A DNA stretch of 43,163 nucleotides from Candidatus Limnocylindrales bacterium (lineage in GTDB: Bacteria > Chloroflexota > Limnocylindria > Limnocylindrales > CSP1-4). Positions 31,082-40,859 of this stretch are shown here, one piece after another (position 1 is the stretch's first letter; every line of letters starts with the position of its first letter). The notes below the pieces were generated by a model. It made no database searches and was not told where the DNA came from. It worked only from the letters and a program-made list of their open reading frames with translations. The stretch is taken from contig DASXQE010000054.1 in NCBI GenBank assembly GCA_036493155.1, positions 1-43,163 of the forward strand. The letters are read 5' to 3'. Both the position numbers and the translations under genes were made by a program.

Positions 31082-32259
31082 GGGTGGACCCGACCGGTGT
31101 GCTCCAGCGTGCCTTCCACGTAGCGCCCGCCGAGGCGCGAGGCGAGCTCCACCTCGCCGATGAGGATGGCCTCCGGGACCGCCGCCATGGCGGCGGGCAT
31201 CGCCTCGGGCGCGAGCACGATCGCCATCCCGATGCCGCCGTTGAACGTGGCCCGCAGCTCCGGCCCGTCGATCCCGGCGAGCGCGGCCATGAGCGCGATC
31301 GCCGACGGGATCGGCCAGCGCGTCGGATCGAGCCGGACGCCCAGCTCGGCCGGGACGGCCCGCGGCGCGTTGCCGGGCAGCCCGCCGCCCGTGACGTGGG
31401 CGACGCCATGGAGGTCGTGGCCGGCCGTGCGCACCGCGGCTCGGAGGTCGAGGACCCGCCGGGCGTAGATCCGGGTCGGCGTCAGCAGCACCTCGCCGAC
31501 CGTCGCCAGCGTGTGCTGGGGCTCCATCGTCGAGGCCGCCTCGCGGCCGGCATCGCCGAGGCTGAGCGTCAGCTGCTCCAGCCAGGGCCGTTCGAGCGGG
31601 ATGTCGTACTGCGCGAGCAGGGCCCGCACCAGGGTGAAGCCGTTCGAGTGGAGGCCATTCGATGGCAGGCCGAGGATCACGTCGCCCGCGCGCGCGGCGG
31701 TGCCATCCAGGAGGTCGGCACGCTCCACGACCCCCAGGCAGGTCCCGGCCAGATCGAACGTCCCCGTCTCCATGAGGCCCGGATGCTCGGCCGTCTCCCC
31801 GCCGACGAGGGCGCAACCGGCCTCGACGCAGCCCGCGGCCACGCCACTGACCAGGGCCGCCACGGCCTCCGGCTCGATCCGCCCGACGGCGACGTAGTCG
31901 AGGAACGCGAGGGGCTCGGCGCCACTGCAGACGACATCGTCGGCGCACATCGCGACGAGGTCGATGCCGACGCTGTCCCAGCGCCCGAGGCTGGCCGCGA
32001 TGGCGACCTTCGTGCCGACGCCATCCGTCGAGGACACGATGAGCGGCTCGCGGTAGCCCGCCGGGACCGCCACCGCGCCGGCGAAGCCACCGATGGACCC
32101 GACGACCTCGGGCCGCCGCGTGGAGTCGATCGCCGAGCGCATGAGCTCGACCGCCCGGTCGCCGGCGGCCACGTCGACCCCCGCCCGGGTGTAGGCCGGC
32201 CGTGGGGCGGCCCCCTTGGCGCCCGCGTCAGCCACGGCGTTCGCGAGCGGGCGGCGCAT
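31078..32259 (-). CDS. purM: Phosphoribosylformylglycinamidine cyclo-ligase (AIR synthetase)
   Basis: The sequence shows YTRAGVDV, STDGVGTK, DLVAMCADDV, GGETAEHPG and SNGLHSNGF. The ATG 32259 shares one nucleotide with the purF stop. Confidence 0.93.
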   Translation of the reverse strand: MRRPLANAVADAGAKGAAPRPAYTRAGVDVAAGDRAVELMRSAIDSTRRPEVVGSIGGFAGAVAVPAGYREPLIVSSTDGVGTKVAIAASLGRWDSVGIDLVAMCADDVVCSGAEPLAFLDYVAVGRIEPEAVAALVSGVAAGCVEAGCALVGGETAEHPGLMETGTFDLAGTCLGVVERADLLDGTAARAGDVILGLPSNGLHSNGFTLVRALLAQYDIPLERPWLEQLTLSLGDAGREAASTMEPQHTLATVGEVLLTPTRIYARRVLDLRAAVRTAGHDLHGVAHVTGGGLPGNAPRAVPAELGVRLDPTRWPIPSAIALMAALAGIDGPELRATFNGGIGMAIVLAPEAMPAAMAAVPEAILIGEVELASRLGGRYVEGTLEHTGRVHP

Positions 32260-33722
32260 CAGCCACGGGCGGCGACGACACCGTCTTCGAGCAGGAACTT
32301 GTGGCTGGCGACGTCGTACGGCACGGGCTCGGGATAGTTGCCGTCGAAGCAGGCGAAGCAGAACCGCTCGTACGGCAGCTCGAGGGCCCGCAGGACGCCC
32401 TGGATCGAGAGGAAGCCGAGCGAGTCGGCGCCGATGAAGTCGCGGATCTGGTCGACCGAGCTCGTCGCGGCGATGAGCTCCGTCGCGATCTGGGTGTCGA
32501 TGCCGTAGAAGCACGGGTGGTAGATCGGCGGCGCGCTGATCCGGACGTGGACCTCGGCCGCCCCGGCCTTGCGCAGGAGGGCCACGATCTGCTTCGTCGT
32601 CGTGCCCCGCACGATCGAGTCGTCGACGACCGTGAGGCGCCGGCCCTCCACGACGGCCCGGATGGGGTTGAGCTTCATGGTCACGCCGCGGTGCCGCAGC
32701 GTCTGGGACGGCTGGATGAACGTCCGGCCGGTGTAGCGGTTGCGGACCAGGCCTTCGCGGTACGGGATGCCGCTCGCCTCGCTGTAGCCGGCGGCCGCGG
32801 GCGCGCCGGTGTCTGGCACGGGCATGACGAGATCGGTGCTCGAGGGGTGCTCGCCGGCGAGCTCCATGCCCATCCGGCGCCGCACCTCGTAGAGGTTGCG
32901 GCCCTCCATGACCGAGTCCGGCCGGGCAAAGTAGATGAGCTCGAACACGCACAGGGCGGGGTTGGCCTCGGCATACCGGATGGAGCGTGGCTCCCGGCCC
33001 GGCTCGAGGATGACGAGCTCCCCGGGCTCGACGTCGCGGACGTACTCGGCCTCGACGATGTCCAGGCCGGTCGTCTCGGACGACAGGACCCAGGCGTCGC
33101 GCGAGCCGGCCGTCGCCCACGGGGCCGCGCCGGGCTCGACGGGCGCGACGTCGCGGATTCGGCCGAGGACCAGGGGCCGGAAGCCGTGCGGGTCGCGGAT
33201 GCCGATGACGCGGTCCTTGTCCAGGACGAGGAGCGTGAACGCGCCGCGCACCCGCGGCAGCACCCGGAGCAGGGCATCGACCGTGTCCGCCGCCGGCTCG
33301 TCGGCCAGGAGGGTCGTCAGCACTTCGGTGTCCGTCGTCGCCGCGAGGCGCGAGCGGCCGCCGCGGACCTGGTCGACGAGCTCGCCGGTGTTGACGAGGT
33401 TGCCGTTGTGGCCGATCGCGATGGGCCGCCGCGGTCCGAGCCGGAACGTGGGTTGGGCGTTCTCCCAGACGGTGCTACCCGTCGTGGAATACCGGCAATG
33501 GGCGATCGCGAGGTCGCCGCGCAGCGGTGGCAGGTGCCGCTCGTCCAGGACCTGGGCGATCATCCCGAGGTCCTTGTAGAGGAAGATCTCGGCGCCGTCG
33601 CCGACCGCGATCCCGGCCGATTCCTGGCCGCGATGCTGGAGCGCGAAGAGGCCGAGCTGGGCGATGCTCGCGGCCGCGGTGCCCGAGCCGGGCGGCATGA
33701 CCGCCCCGAAGACGCCGCACAT
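32259..33722 (-). CDS. purF: Amidophosphoribosyltransferase
   Basis: I set the start at MCGVFG (Ntn catalytic Cys2). The PRPP loop is LTVVDDSIVRGTT and the C-terminus has the Fe-S Cys pattern CFACFDGNYP. Confidence 0.95.
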   Translation of the reverse strand: MCGVFGAVMPPGSGTAAASIAQLGLFALQHRGQESAGIAVGDGAEIFLYKDLGMIAQVLDERHLPPLRGDLAIAHCRYSTTGSTVWENAQPTFRLGPRRPIAIGHNGNLVNTGELVDQVRGGRSRLAATTDTEVLTTLLADEPAADTVDALLRVLPRVRGAFTLLVLDKDRVIGIRDPHGFRPLVLGRIRDVAPVEPGAAPWATAGSRDAWVLSSETTGLDIVEAEYVRDVEPGELVILEPGREPRSIRYAEANPALCVFELIYFARPDSVMEGRNLYEVRRRMGMELAGEHPSSTDLVMPVPDTGAPAAAGYSEASGIPYREGLVRNRYTGRTFIQPSQTLRHRGVTMKLNPIRAVVEGRRLTVVDDSIVRGTTTKQIVALLRKAGAAEVHVRISAPPIYHPCFYGIDTQIATELIAATSSVDQIRDFIGADSLGFLSIQGVLRALELPYERFCFACFDGNYPEPVPYDVASHKFLLEDGVVAARG

Positions 33723-33723
33723 G

Positions 33724-36084
33724 TCAGCGGCCCTCCGGCGCGCCGGCGCCGAGCTCGTCCCAGCCCAGCGCCCGGGCCAGGCCGTGGTCCCAGGCATGAC
33801 GCAGGTCGGCCACGGCAACGTCCACCGAATCCGCGACCCGCGATCCACGCTCCTCGGCCGCGCCGGTGGCCCCGGCGCCCGCCAGCTCGATGACCACGCG
33901 CCGGCCGCCGGTCAGGCCGATGGCCTCGATCGGCACGTCGAACGCTCGACCGAGCTCGAGCAGCCGCGGCATCGCATCTGGTCGCGCCGACAGGAGGATC
34001 CGGCTGGGGCTCTCGCCGAAGAGATCCACCGCCGGTGAGCTCGCAATCGGCAGGCGGAGCTCGGCCCCGATCCCCGACCACAGGCAGGCCTCCGCGACGG
34101 CAACCCCGAGGCCGCCGCCCGAGACGTCCTGGGCCGAGGCGACGAGCCCGGCATGGATGGCCTCGCGCACGAAGCGCTGGAGCCGTGCCTCGAGCTCCAG
34201 GTCGATGCCCGGCGGTCCATCCTCCGGTGCCAGGCCCGCGAGCCGCGCGTAGTCGCTCCCCGCCAGCCCAGGGGTGGCCCGGCCGGCCAGCACGACGTGG
34301 TCGCCGCCGCGGACGAACGCGGGGCCGACGTGGCGTTCGACGTCGTCCAGCAGGCCCACGACGCCGATCTCGGGGGTCGGCAGGATCCGGCCGGCGGGTG
34401 ACTCGTTGTAGAGCGACACGTTGCCACCCGTGACCGGCAGGCCCAGGGCGCGGCAGGCGTCAGCGAGCCCGCGCACGGCCTCGCCCAGCTGCCAGAACGC
34501 CTCCGGCCGAGTCGGGTCCCCGAAGTTCAGGCAGTTCGTGACGCCGAGCGGCCGGGCGCCGGTGATCGAGACGTTGCGGGTCGCCTCGGCGACGCTCAGG
34601 GCCGCGCCGAGCCACGGGTCCAGCGCGCCGACCGGGGCGACCGAATCGGTGGTCGCCACGATCCCCCGGGCGGGCTGGCGGGCGGGCCGTCCGGCGCCCC
34701 CGCCATCGAGCCGCACGATCGCCGCGCCGCGACCGGGCCGGGCCACCGTGTTGGCCTGGACCGTCGAGTCGTACTGCTCGTAGACCGGTCGGCGGGAGGC
34801 GAGGTTCGGCGAGCCGACCAGGGCCAGGAGCACCGCCCCAGGATCCATGCCGCGCTCGGGGAGGAGGTCGGTGGCCTCGTCGGGCGCACCCGGCGCGGGC
34901 GCCGCGCGACGCCGCTCGGGCGGCGCGGCCAGGCGGTGGTGGACGATCGCGTCCGATGTCAGCGCGCGCGCCGGCACGCGGGCCAGCTCCCGGCCCTCGC
35001 TCGTGACCGCGATGTCGCCATCGGCCGTGACCCGCCCGATCACCGCACACGGGAGGTTCCAGCGGGCGCACACAGCCTCGACGGCCGCGCGCCGCTCCGG
35101 CCGGACGATCGCGACCATTCGCTCCTGGCTCTCCGAGATCATGACCTCGAACGGCGCCATGGCCGGCTCGCGCCGCGGGATCGCATCGAGGTCGACCTCG
35201 ATCCCGGTGCCGGCCCGATCGGCGGTCTCGGACACGCCGCACGTGATCCCGGCGGCGCCGAGGTCCTGGAGGCCCTCGACGAGGCCGGCCTCGACGAGCT
35301 CCAGGGAGGCCTCGATCAGGAGCTTCTCGGCGAACGGATCGCCGACCTGGACCGAGGGCCGCTTCGAGGCGCCGGCCGCGTCGTCGCCGAAGGTCGCACT
35401 CGCGAGCACCGAGGCCCCGCCGATGCCGTCGCGCCCGGTGGCGCTGCCGAACAGGACCACGAGGTTCCCCGGCCCGGGCGCGGCCGCGCGGGTCAGGAGG
35501 CGCTCCTCGAGGACGCCGATGGCCATGACGTTGACCAGCGGGTTGCCCTGGTACGACGGGTCGAACACGAGCTCACCGCCGACCGTCGGCACGCCGACGC
35601 AGTTGCCGTAGCCGCCCACGCCCCGGACCACGCCATCGACCAGGTGTCGCGTCCGGGCGTCCGCCGGGTCGCCGAAGCGCAGCGCATCCAGCACGGCCAC
35701 CGGTCGCGCACCCATTGCGAAGATGTCCCGCAGGATCCCGCCGACGCCGGTCGCGGCCCCCTGGTACGGCTCGACCGCGCTGGGATGGTTGTGGGATTCG
35801 ATCTTGAAGGCGACCGCGAGGCCGTCTCCGATCGACACGACCCCGGCGTTCTCGCCCGGCCCCGCGACGACGTCGGCGCCATGCGTCGGCAGCGTCGCCA
35901 GCAGCGGCTTCGAGCTCTTGTACGAGCAGTGCTCGCTCCACATGACGCTGAACATCGCCAGCTCGAGGTCGTTCGGCGCGCGGCCGAGCCGAGCCACGAT
36001 GGCATCGAGCTCCTCGTCGGTCAGGCCCAGCGCGCGGTGGAGCGGCGTCTCGGCCGGCGGGCCGGCGGCGGGCTCGAGCGTCAT
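33724..36084 (-). CDS. purL: Phosphoribosylformylglycinamidine synthase subunit PurL (FGAM synthase II)
   Basis: The sequence shows [18 protein letters not shown] and ESHNHPS, and matches PurL over its full length. The ATG at 36084 lies 2 nt after the purQ stop. Confidence 0.95.
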   Translation of the reverse strand: MTLEPAAGPPAETPLHRALGLTDEELDAIVARLGRAPNDLELAMFSVMWSEHCSYKSSKPLLATLPTHGADVVAGPGENAGVVSIGDGLAVAFKIESHNHPSAVEPYQGAATGVGGILRDIFAMGARPVAVLDALRFGDPADARTRHLVDGVVRGVGGYGNCVGVPTVGGELVFDPSYQGNPLVNVMAIGVLEERLLTRAAAPGPGNLVVLFGSATGRDGIGGASVLASATFGDDAAGASKRPSVQVGDPFAEKLLIEASLELVEAGLVEGLQDLGAAGITCGVSETADRAGTGIEVDLDAIPRREPAMAPFEVMISESQERMVAIVRPERRAAVEAVCARWNLPCAVIGRVTADGDIAVTSEGRELARVPARALTSDAIVHHRLAAPPERRRAAPAPGAPDEATDLLPERGMDPGAVLLALVGSPNLASRRPVYEQYDSTVQANTVARPGRGAAIVRLDGGGAGRPARQPARGIVATTDSVAPVGALDPWLGAALSVAEATRNVSITGARPLGVTNCLNFGDPTRPEAFWQLGEAVRGLADACRALGLPVTGGNVSLYNESPAGRILPTPEIGVVGLLDDVERHVGPAFVRGGDHVVLAGRATPGLAGSDYARLAGLAPEDGPPGIDLELEARLQRFVREAIHAGLVASAQDVSGGGLGVAVAEACLWSGIGAELRLPIASSPAVDLFGESPSRILLSARPDAMPRLLELGRAFDVPIEAIGLTGGRRVVIELAGAGATGAAEERGSRVADSVDVAVADLRHAWDHGLARALGWDELGAGAPEGR

Positions 36085-36086
36085 CG

Positions 36087-36836
36087 TCACGCGGCGCTCC
36101 CGGCCAGGCTCGGCGCGCTGCCGGCATGGGCCGCGGCCCCGGCGCTCTCGACCAGCGAGCGGATGATCCCCAGCCCGTCGTCCGAGCCAAGCAGCGGCTC
36201 GATCGCGCACTCGGGGTGCGGCATCAGGCCCGCGACGTTGCCGCGAGCATTGATGACGCCGGCAATGGCCCGGAGGCTGCCATTGGGGTTGTCGGGATCG
36301 CCGGCCTCGCCGGCCGGCGTGCCATCGGGGTGGACGTAGCGGAACAGGACCTGGCCGTCACGATCCAGCGCCGCGAGCGTCGCCGGATCGGCGAAGTAGC
36401 AGCCCTCGCCGTGGGCGATCGGGACGCGCAGCGGGCGGCGCGGGCCGGCGAGCGCCGTGAACGGCGTGTCGAACCGCTCGATCGCGAGGTGGACGTCGCG
36501 CCCGAGGAATCGGAGGCCGCGGTTGCGGAGCAGCGCGCCCGGCACGAGGCCGGCCTCGGCGATGACCTGGAAGCCGTTGCAGATGCCCAGGACGAGGCCG
36601 CCGTCGGCGGCGAAGGCCGAAACGGCTCGCATGATCGGGCTGAAGCGGGCAATGACGCCAGCGCGAAGGTAGTCGCCGTAGGCGAAGCCGCCAGGCACGA
36701 TGACGGCCGACACCCCATCGAGCGTGGCCTGCTCATGCCACAGCGCGGCCGGCTCGGCGCCGGCCACCTCGATGGCGCGGAGCGTGTCGCGGTCCCGGTT
36801 CGAGCCGGGGAAGATCACCACGCCGATGCGTGTCAT
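36087..36836 (-). CDS. purQ: Phosphoribosylformylglycinamidine synthase glutaminase subunit PurQ
   Basis: The sequence shows [21 protein letters not shown] (catalytic Cys) and MPHPE. The ATG overlaps the purS stop (ATGA). Confidence 0.95.
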   Translation of the reverse strand: MTRIGVVIFPGSNRDRDTLRAIEVAGAEPAALWHEQATLDGVSAVIVPGGFAYGDYLRAGVIARFSPIMRAVSAFAADGGLVLGICNGFQVIAEAGLVPGALLRNRGLRFLGRDVHLAIERFDTPFTALAGPRRPLRVPIAHGEGCYFADPATLAALDRDGQVLFRYVHPDGTPAGEAGDPDNPNGSLRAIAGVINARGNVAGLMPHPECAIEPLLGSDDGLGIIRSLVESAGAAAHAGSAPSLAGSAA

Positions 36837-37102
36837 CGCACCGGCTCGCGTCGCGTGCCTTCGACGACGTACGACTCGATGAGGGGATTGGCCAGCAGCT
36901 CCGACGCGAGGCGTTCCGCCGTCGCCCGCGCCGCGGCCTCGTCCACCGCCGTCACGGTCAGCTCGACGCGTCGCCCGACCCGCACGCCCGACACGCCCTC
37001 GATGCCCAGGTGGCCGAGGCTGCCCTCGACCGCACGGCCCTGGGGATCGAGGATCCCGTCCTTCGGGAGCACGTTCACGGCGAAGCGGAACTGGCTGCTC
37101 AT
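36833..37102 (-). CDS. purS: Phosphoribosylformylglycinamidine synthase subunit PurS
   Basis: The 89-aa protein reads FAVNVLPKDGILDPQGRAVEGSL..LG...V.VGRRVEL. The ATG overlaps the purC stop (ATGA). Confidence 0.9.
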   Translation of the reverse strand: MSSQFRFAVNVLPKDGILDPQGRAVEGSLGHLGIEGVSGVRVGRRVELTVTAVDEAAARATAERLASELLANPLIESYVVEGTRREPVR

Positions 37103-38205
37103 CGGGCGATGACGTCCTCCTGGAGATACCGATCGAAGCTCGCACCGGTGATCCGCTCGAACGCCTCGACATAGCGGGCCCGGGTGCCCGCCACGACCTC
37201 GTCGGGCAGGGCCGGTCCGGGGGCCGTCTTGTCCCACGCCTGACGCTCGAGCCAGTCGCGCACGAACTGCTTGTCGTAGCTCGGCTGCGGGCCGCCGGGC
37301 GCCCACGCCGCGGCATCCCAGAAGCGCGACGAGTCCGGGGTCATGACCTCGTCGATGAGCATGACCTGCGCGCCACTGCCCGGACCGACGCGGAGGGTGG
37401 TGCTCGGCTCGCGCCACTCGGCGAGGTGCTCCTCGTCCGGCCCGGGCGAGTCGGTGTGCACGGTGATCGGGAGCCCGAACTCGAACTTCGTATCGGCCAG
37501 CAGGATGCCGGCTCGTTCGGCGACCGCCGCACCAAAGCCATACAGCCGGAGCGCGAGCTCCGCCACGCGCTCGACCAGCTCGGCGGCGACCGCACGCGGG
37601 AGCGGCAAGCTGGTCGGGCGACCCGCGCTTGTCTCGAACAGGTAAGCGCCGACGTACTCGATCGCGGCGTCGAACGAGAGATTCTCGTCGTGGTGGCCCA
37701 GTGGCGCCTTCGAGGCCGGGGTGAAGATCGGCGTCGGGAGCCGGTCGCCCTCGCGCAGCCCGGCCGGCAGCCGGATGCCGCAGACCGTTCCGCGGTCCCG
37801 ATACTCCTTCCAGCCCGAGCCGGCGAGGTACCCGCGCACGACGGCCTCGATGGGGATGACCCGGGCGGGGCGGCAGACCATGAGGCGGCCGCGCCAGGCC
37901 TCGAAGCCGTCGGGCGGCATGAGCTCGGCGGCGGGCTTGCCGTGGCCTTCGAGCAGCTGGGCATACCGTGTCGTCACGGCGGCGACGCGGGTGTCGAGCA
38001 GGTGGTTCGCGACGATCGATGACGTCTCGCCGAACCAGAACCGCGACAGGCCCGTGAGGACCTTGCCCTTGTCGGGAATGGCCGTCGGCAGGATGACGTC
38101 GAAGGCCGAGATTCGGTCGGAGGCCACGAGCGCCAGGGAGCGGTCCGGCAGCGTGTACAGGTCGCGCACCTTGCCCGACCGCGGTAGCCGGTCAGCGGTC
38201 AGCAC
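37099..38205 (-). CDS. purC: Phosphoribosylaminoimidazole-succinocarboxamide synthase (SAICAR synthetase), long form
   Basis: The sequence shows GKVRDLY, SDRISAFD, LADTKFEFG and TPDSSRFW. The GTG start at 38205 overlaps the purB 3' end by 14 nt. At 368 aa it has three insertions relative to the short bacterial form. Confidence 0.9.
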   Translation of the reverse strand: MLTADRLPRSGKVRDLYTLPDRSLALVASDRISAFDVILPTAIPDKGKVLTGLSRFWFGETSSIVANHLLDTRVAAVTTRYAQLLEGHGKPAAELMPPDGFEAWRGRLMVCRPARVIPIEAVVRGYLAGSGWKEYRDRGTVCGIRLPAGLREGDRLPTPIFTPASKAPLGHHDENLSFDAAIEYVGAYLFETSAGRPTSLPLPRAVAAELVERVAELALRLYGFGAAVAERAGILLADTKFEFGLPITVHTDSPGPDEEHLAEWREPSTTLRVGPGSGAQVMLIDEVMTPDSSRFWDAAAWAPGGPQPSYDKQFVRDWLERQAWDKTAPGPALPDEVVAGTRARYVEAFERITGASFDRYLQEDVIAR

Positions 38206-39523
38206 CGGCGACCTCCGGGGTCAGACCGAGCCGATCGAGGCGAGCGATGACCTCGTCGACATGGGCCAGGAAGGCGCGATCGTCGAAGCATGCGTCGAGG
38301 TCGGCCAGGCGCAGGCGCCGGGCGACGACCGGATCCACCGCGAGCAGCTCGCGCAGCGGGCGACGCTCGTCCTGGGCTCGCAGCGAGGCCGCCTGGACGA
38401 TGCCGTAGGCCTCCTCGCGCCCGAGGCCGGCCCGCTCGACGAGCGCGAGCAGCACCCGCGACGATGCGTGCAGGCCGAGGCCGCGCTCGATGTTCTCGCG
38501 CATCCGGTCCTCGCGGACCACGAGTCCCTGAACCAGGCCGGCGGCCTTCTGCAGCAGGTAGTCGAGCAGGATCGTCGCGTCGGGCAGGATGATCCGCTCC
38601 GCCGAGGAGTGGCTGATGTCGCGCTCGTGCCACAGCGGCTGGTTCTCGAGCGCGGTGTGGGCGTAGCCGCGGAGGACGCGAGCGAGGCCGGCGATCCGCT
38701 CGGACAGGATCGGGTTGCGCTTGTGGGGCATCGCCGAGCTGCCCTTCTGGCCGGCCTTGAACGGCTCCATGACCTCGGCGATCTCGGTGTGCTGGAGGTT
38801 GCGGATCTCGGTGGCGAGCCGCTCCAGCGTCCCGCCGACGATCGCGATCGCGGTCAGCAGCGCGGCGTGGCGGTCGCGCTGGACGATCTGGGTGCTCACG
38901 GGATCGGTGTGCAGGCCCAGCCCGTCGAGGACCTCCGCCTCGAGGTCGGGGCCGAGGTGGCTGTACGTGCCAACCGGGCCGGAGAGCTTGCCCGTCGCGA
39001 TCTCGTCGACCGCAGCGGCCAGTCGCCGCCGCCCGCGATCGACCTCGAACGCCCAGCCCGCGAGCTTCAGGCCGAACGTCGTCGGCTCGGCATGGACGGA
39101 GTGGGTCCGGCCCATCATGAGCGTCCCGGCATGCTCCCTCGCCCGAGCCGACAGGACGTCGATCAGCCGCTCGGCGTCGCGCAGCAGGACCTCGCCGGCG
39201 GCCTGGAGCTGGAGTGCCAGGGCCGTGTCCACGACGTCGGACGAGGTCAGCCCGAGATGGAGATAGCGGCCCTCGGGCCCGACGGCCTCGGCGACCTGGC
39301 TGACGAAGGCGATGACGTCGTGGTCGGTGGTCGCCTCGATCTCGGCGATCCGGTCGACGTCGATGCGGGCGTGCGCTTCGATCGCCGCGAGGGCGTCGGC
39401 CGGCACCTGGCCCCGCGCGACCTGCGCCCGGGCAACCTCGATCTCGACGCGCAGCATCTGCTCGAAGCGCGCCTGCTCGGTCCACAGCGCCCCCATCTCG
39501 GGGAGCGTGTAACGCCGGATCAC
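38192..39523 (-). CDS. purB: Adenylosuccinate lyase
   Basis: I set the start at GTG 39523 (MIRRYTLPEMGALW, the canonical PurB N-terminus), with GAGG 8 nt upstream. The fumarate-lyase signature is GSSAMPHKRNP. Confidence 0.93.
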   Translation of the reverse strand: MIRRYTLPEMGALWTEQARFEQMLRVEIEVARAQVARGQVPADALAAIEAHARIDVDRIAEIEATTDHDVIAFVSQVAEAVGPEGRYLHLGLTSSDVVDTALALQLQAAGEVLLRDAERLIDVLSARAREHAGTLMMGRTHSVHAEPTTFGLKLAGWAFEVDRGRRRLAAAVDEIATGKLSGPVGTYSHLGPDLEAEVLDGLGLHTDPVSTQIVQRDRHAALLTAIAIVGGTLERLATEIRNLQHTEIAEVMEPFKAGQKGSSAMPHKRNPILSERIAGLARVLRGYAHTALENQPLWHERDISHSSAERIILPDATILLDYLLQKAAGLVQGLVVREDRMRENIERGLGLHASSRVLLALVERAGLGREEAYGIVQAASLRAQDERRPLRELLAVDPVVARRLRLADLDACFDDRAFLAHVDEVIARLDRLGLTPEVAGADR

Positions 39524-39536
39524 GACGCCGCCTCGA

Positions 39537-40859
39537 TCATCGGGCGGCCCCGGCCAGCGCCGGCTGTGGGAGGTCCCGGGCGATGTCATGCCGGCGCTGC
39601 AGGCCGTCCCAGGAGATCGCCTCGGCGGCACGCTCCGCCCGGTCGCGGGCGTCGGCCAGGTCGGCGCCGCGCCCCACGACCGTCAGCACCCGGCCGCCAT
39701 TGGTGCCGTAGCCGCCGCCGGGCCGCCCGACCGCGCCCGCGTGAAAGACCAGGGCGCCGCCCGCCTCGGCGGCGGCGAGGCCGTCGATGGGGTCGCCGCG
39801 GCGCGGGTCGCCGGGGTAACCCTTGGCGGCGAGGACGATGCCCACGGCCGCGCCGTGGGTCGGCAGGAGCGGCCCTTCGGCCGTCGGCAGGCCGCCTCGC
39901 GCGGCGGCTACCAGCACGGGCAGGAGATCGCCATCGACGAGCGGCAGGATGACCTGGGCCTCGGGATCCCCGAGCCGGACGTTGCATTCCAGCAGCCGGG
40001 TCCCGTGGGCCGTCCGCATGAGCCCCGCGTACAGGAAGCCGCGGAACGGGGTCCCGCGCCGCGCCAGCTCGCGCAGGATCGGCTGGTGGACGGTCGCCAG
40101 CACCTCGGCCACCGCTCCGTCGTCGAGGTCCGGGAGCGGCGCGTAGGCGCCCATCCCCCCGGTGTTCGGTCCGGCGTCGCCGTCGCACAGCCGCTTGTGG
40201 TCTCGCGCCGCCGGCAGGGCGATGGCCCGCTCACCGTCGCAGATCGCAATGACGCTCGCCTCGCGGCCGTCGAGCCGCTCCTCGATGACGAGGGCGGGCG
40301 CATCCCCTGAGCGGCCCGCCAGGAACGATGGCGCGAGGTCCAGCGCCTGCTCGACCGAGTCGGTGACGATGACGCCCTTGCCGGCCGCGAGGCCATCGGC
40401 CTTGAGGACCGCGCCGGCGCCGTCCGCGGCGAGCACGCGGATCCAGGCCTCCGCGTCCGCCAGCTGGCCACCGTGGAAGGCCCGCGCGCGAGCCATCGGC
40501 ACGTCGGCGGCCTCCGCGACCTCGTGGCAGAACGCCTTCGACGTCTCGAGCCTCGCCGCCGCCCGCGTCGGCCCGAACACGGGTACGCCCGCGGCCGTCA
40601 GGGCATCGGCCAGCCCGGTGGCGAGCGGCGCCTCGGGGCCCACGACCACGAGGTCCACCGCGCCACGGCGGGCCACCTGCACCACGGCGGCCGGATCGAG
40701 CGGGTCCACGCCGGGCACAACCGTGACGCCCGGGGTCGCGGCAATCCCGGCGCTGCCGGGCGTCACGACGACCTCCGACGCGCTCGATTCGCCCGCCAGC
40801 TTCCAGGCCAGGGCGTGCTCCCGCCCGCCGGCGCCGACCACGAGGACGCGGCGGCCCAT
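39537..40859 (-). CDS. purD: Phosphoribosylamine--glycine ligase (GAR synthetase)
   Basis: The sequence begins MGRRVLVVGAGGREHALAWKL and has the ATP-grasp pattern. The ATG shares one nucleotide with the purA stop. Confidence 0.95.
   Translation of the reverse strand: MGRRVLVVGAGGREHALAWKLAGESSASEVVVTPGSAGIAATPGVTVVPGVDPLDPAAVVQVARRGAVDLVVVGPEAPLATGLADALTAAGVPVFGPTRAAARLETSKAFCHEVAEAADVPMARARAFHGGQLADAEAWIRVLAADGAGAVLKADGLAAGKGVIVTDSVEQALDLAPSFLAGRSGDAPALVIEERLDGREASVIAICDGERAIALPAARDHKRLCDGDAGPNTGGMGAYAPLPDLDDGAVAEVLATVHQPILRELARRGTPFRGFLYAGLMRTAHGTRLLECNVRLGDPEAQVILPLVDGDLLPVLVAAARGGLPTAEGPLLPTHGAAVGIVLAAKGYPGDPRRGDPIDGLAAAEAGGALVFHAGAVGRPGGGYGTNGGRVLTVVGRGADLADARDRAERAAEAISWDGLQRRHDIARDLPQPALAGAAR

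Noticed and set aside
31082-31948. A 289-codon extension upstream of purN in ORF 28757-31948.
   Set aside because: It overlaps purM out of frame and is R/G/P-rich. The PurN signature begins right after ATG 31081, which overlaps the purM stop.
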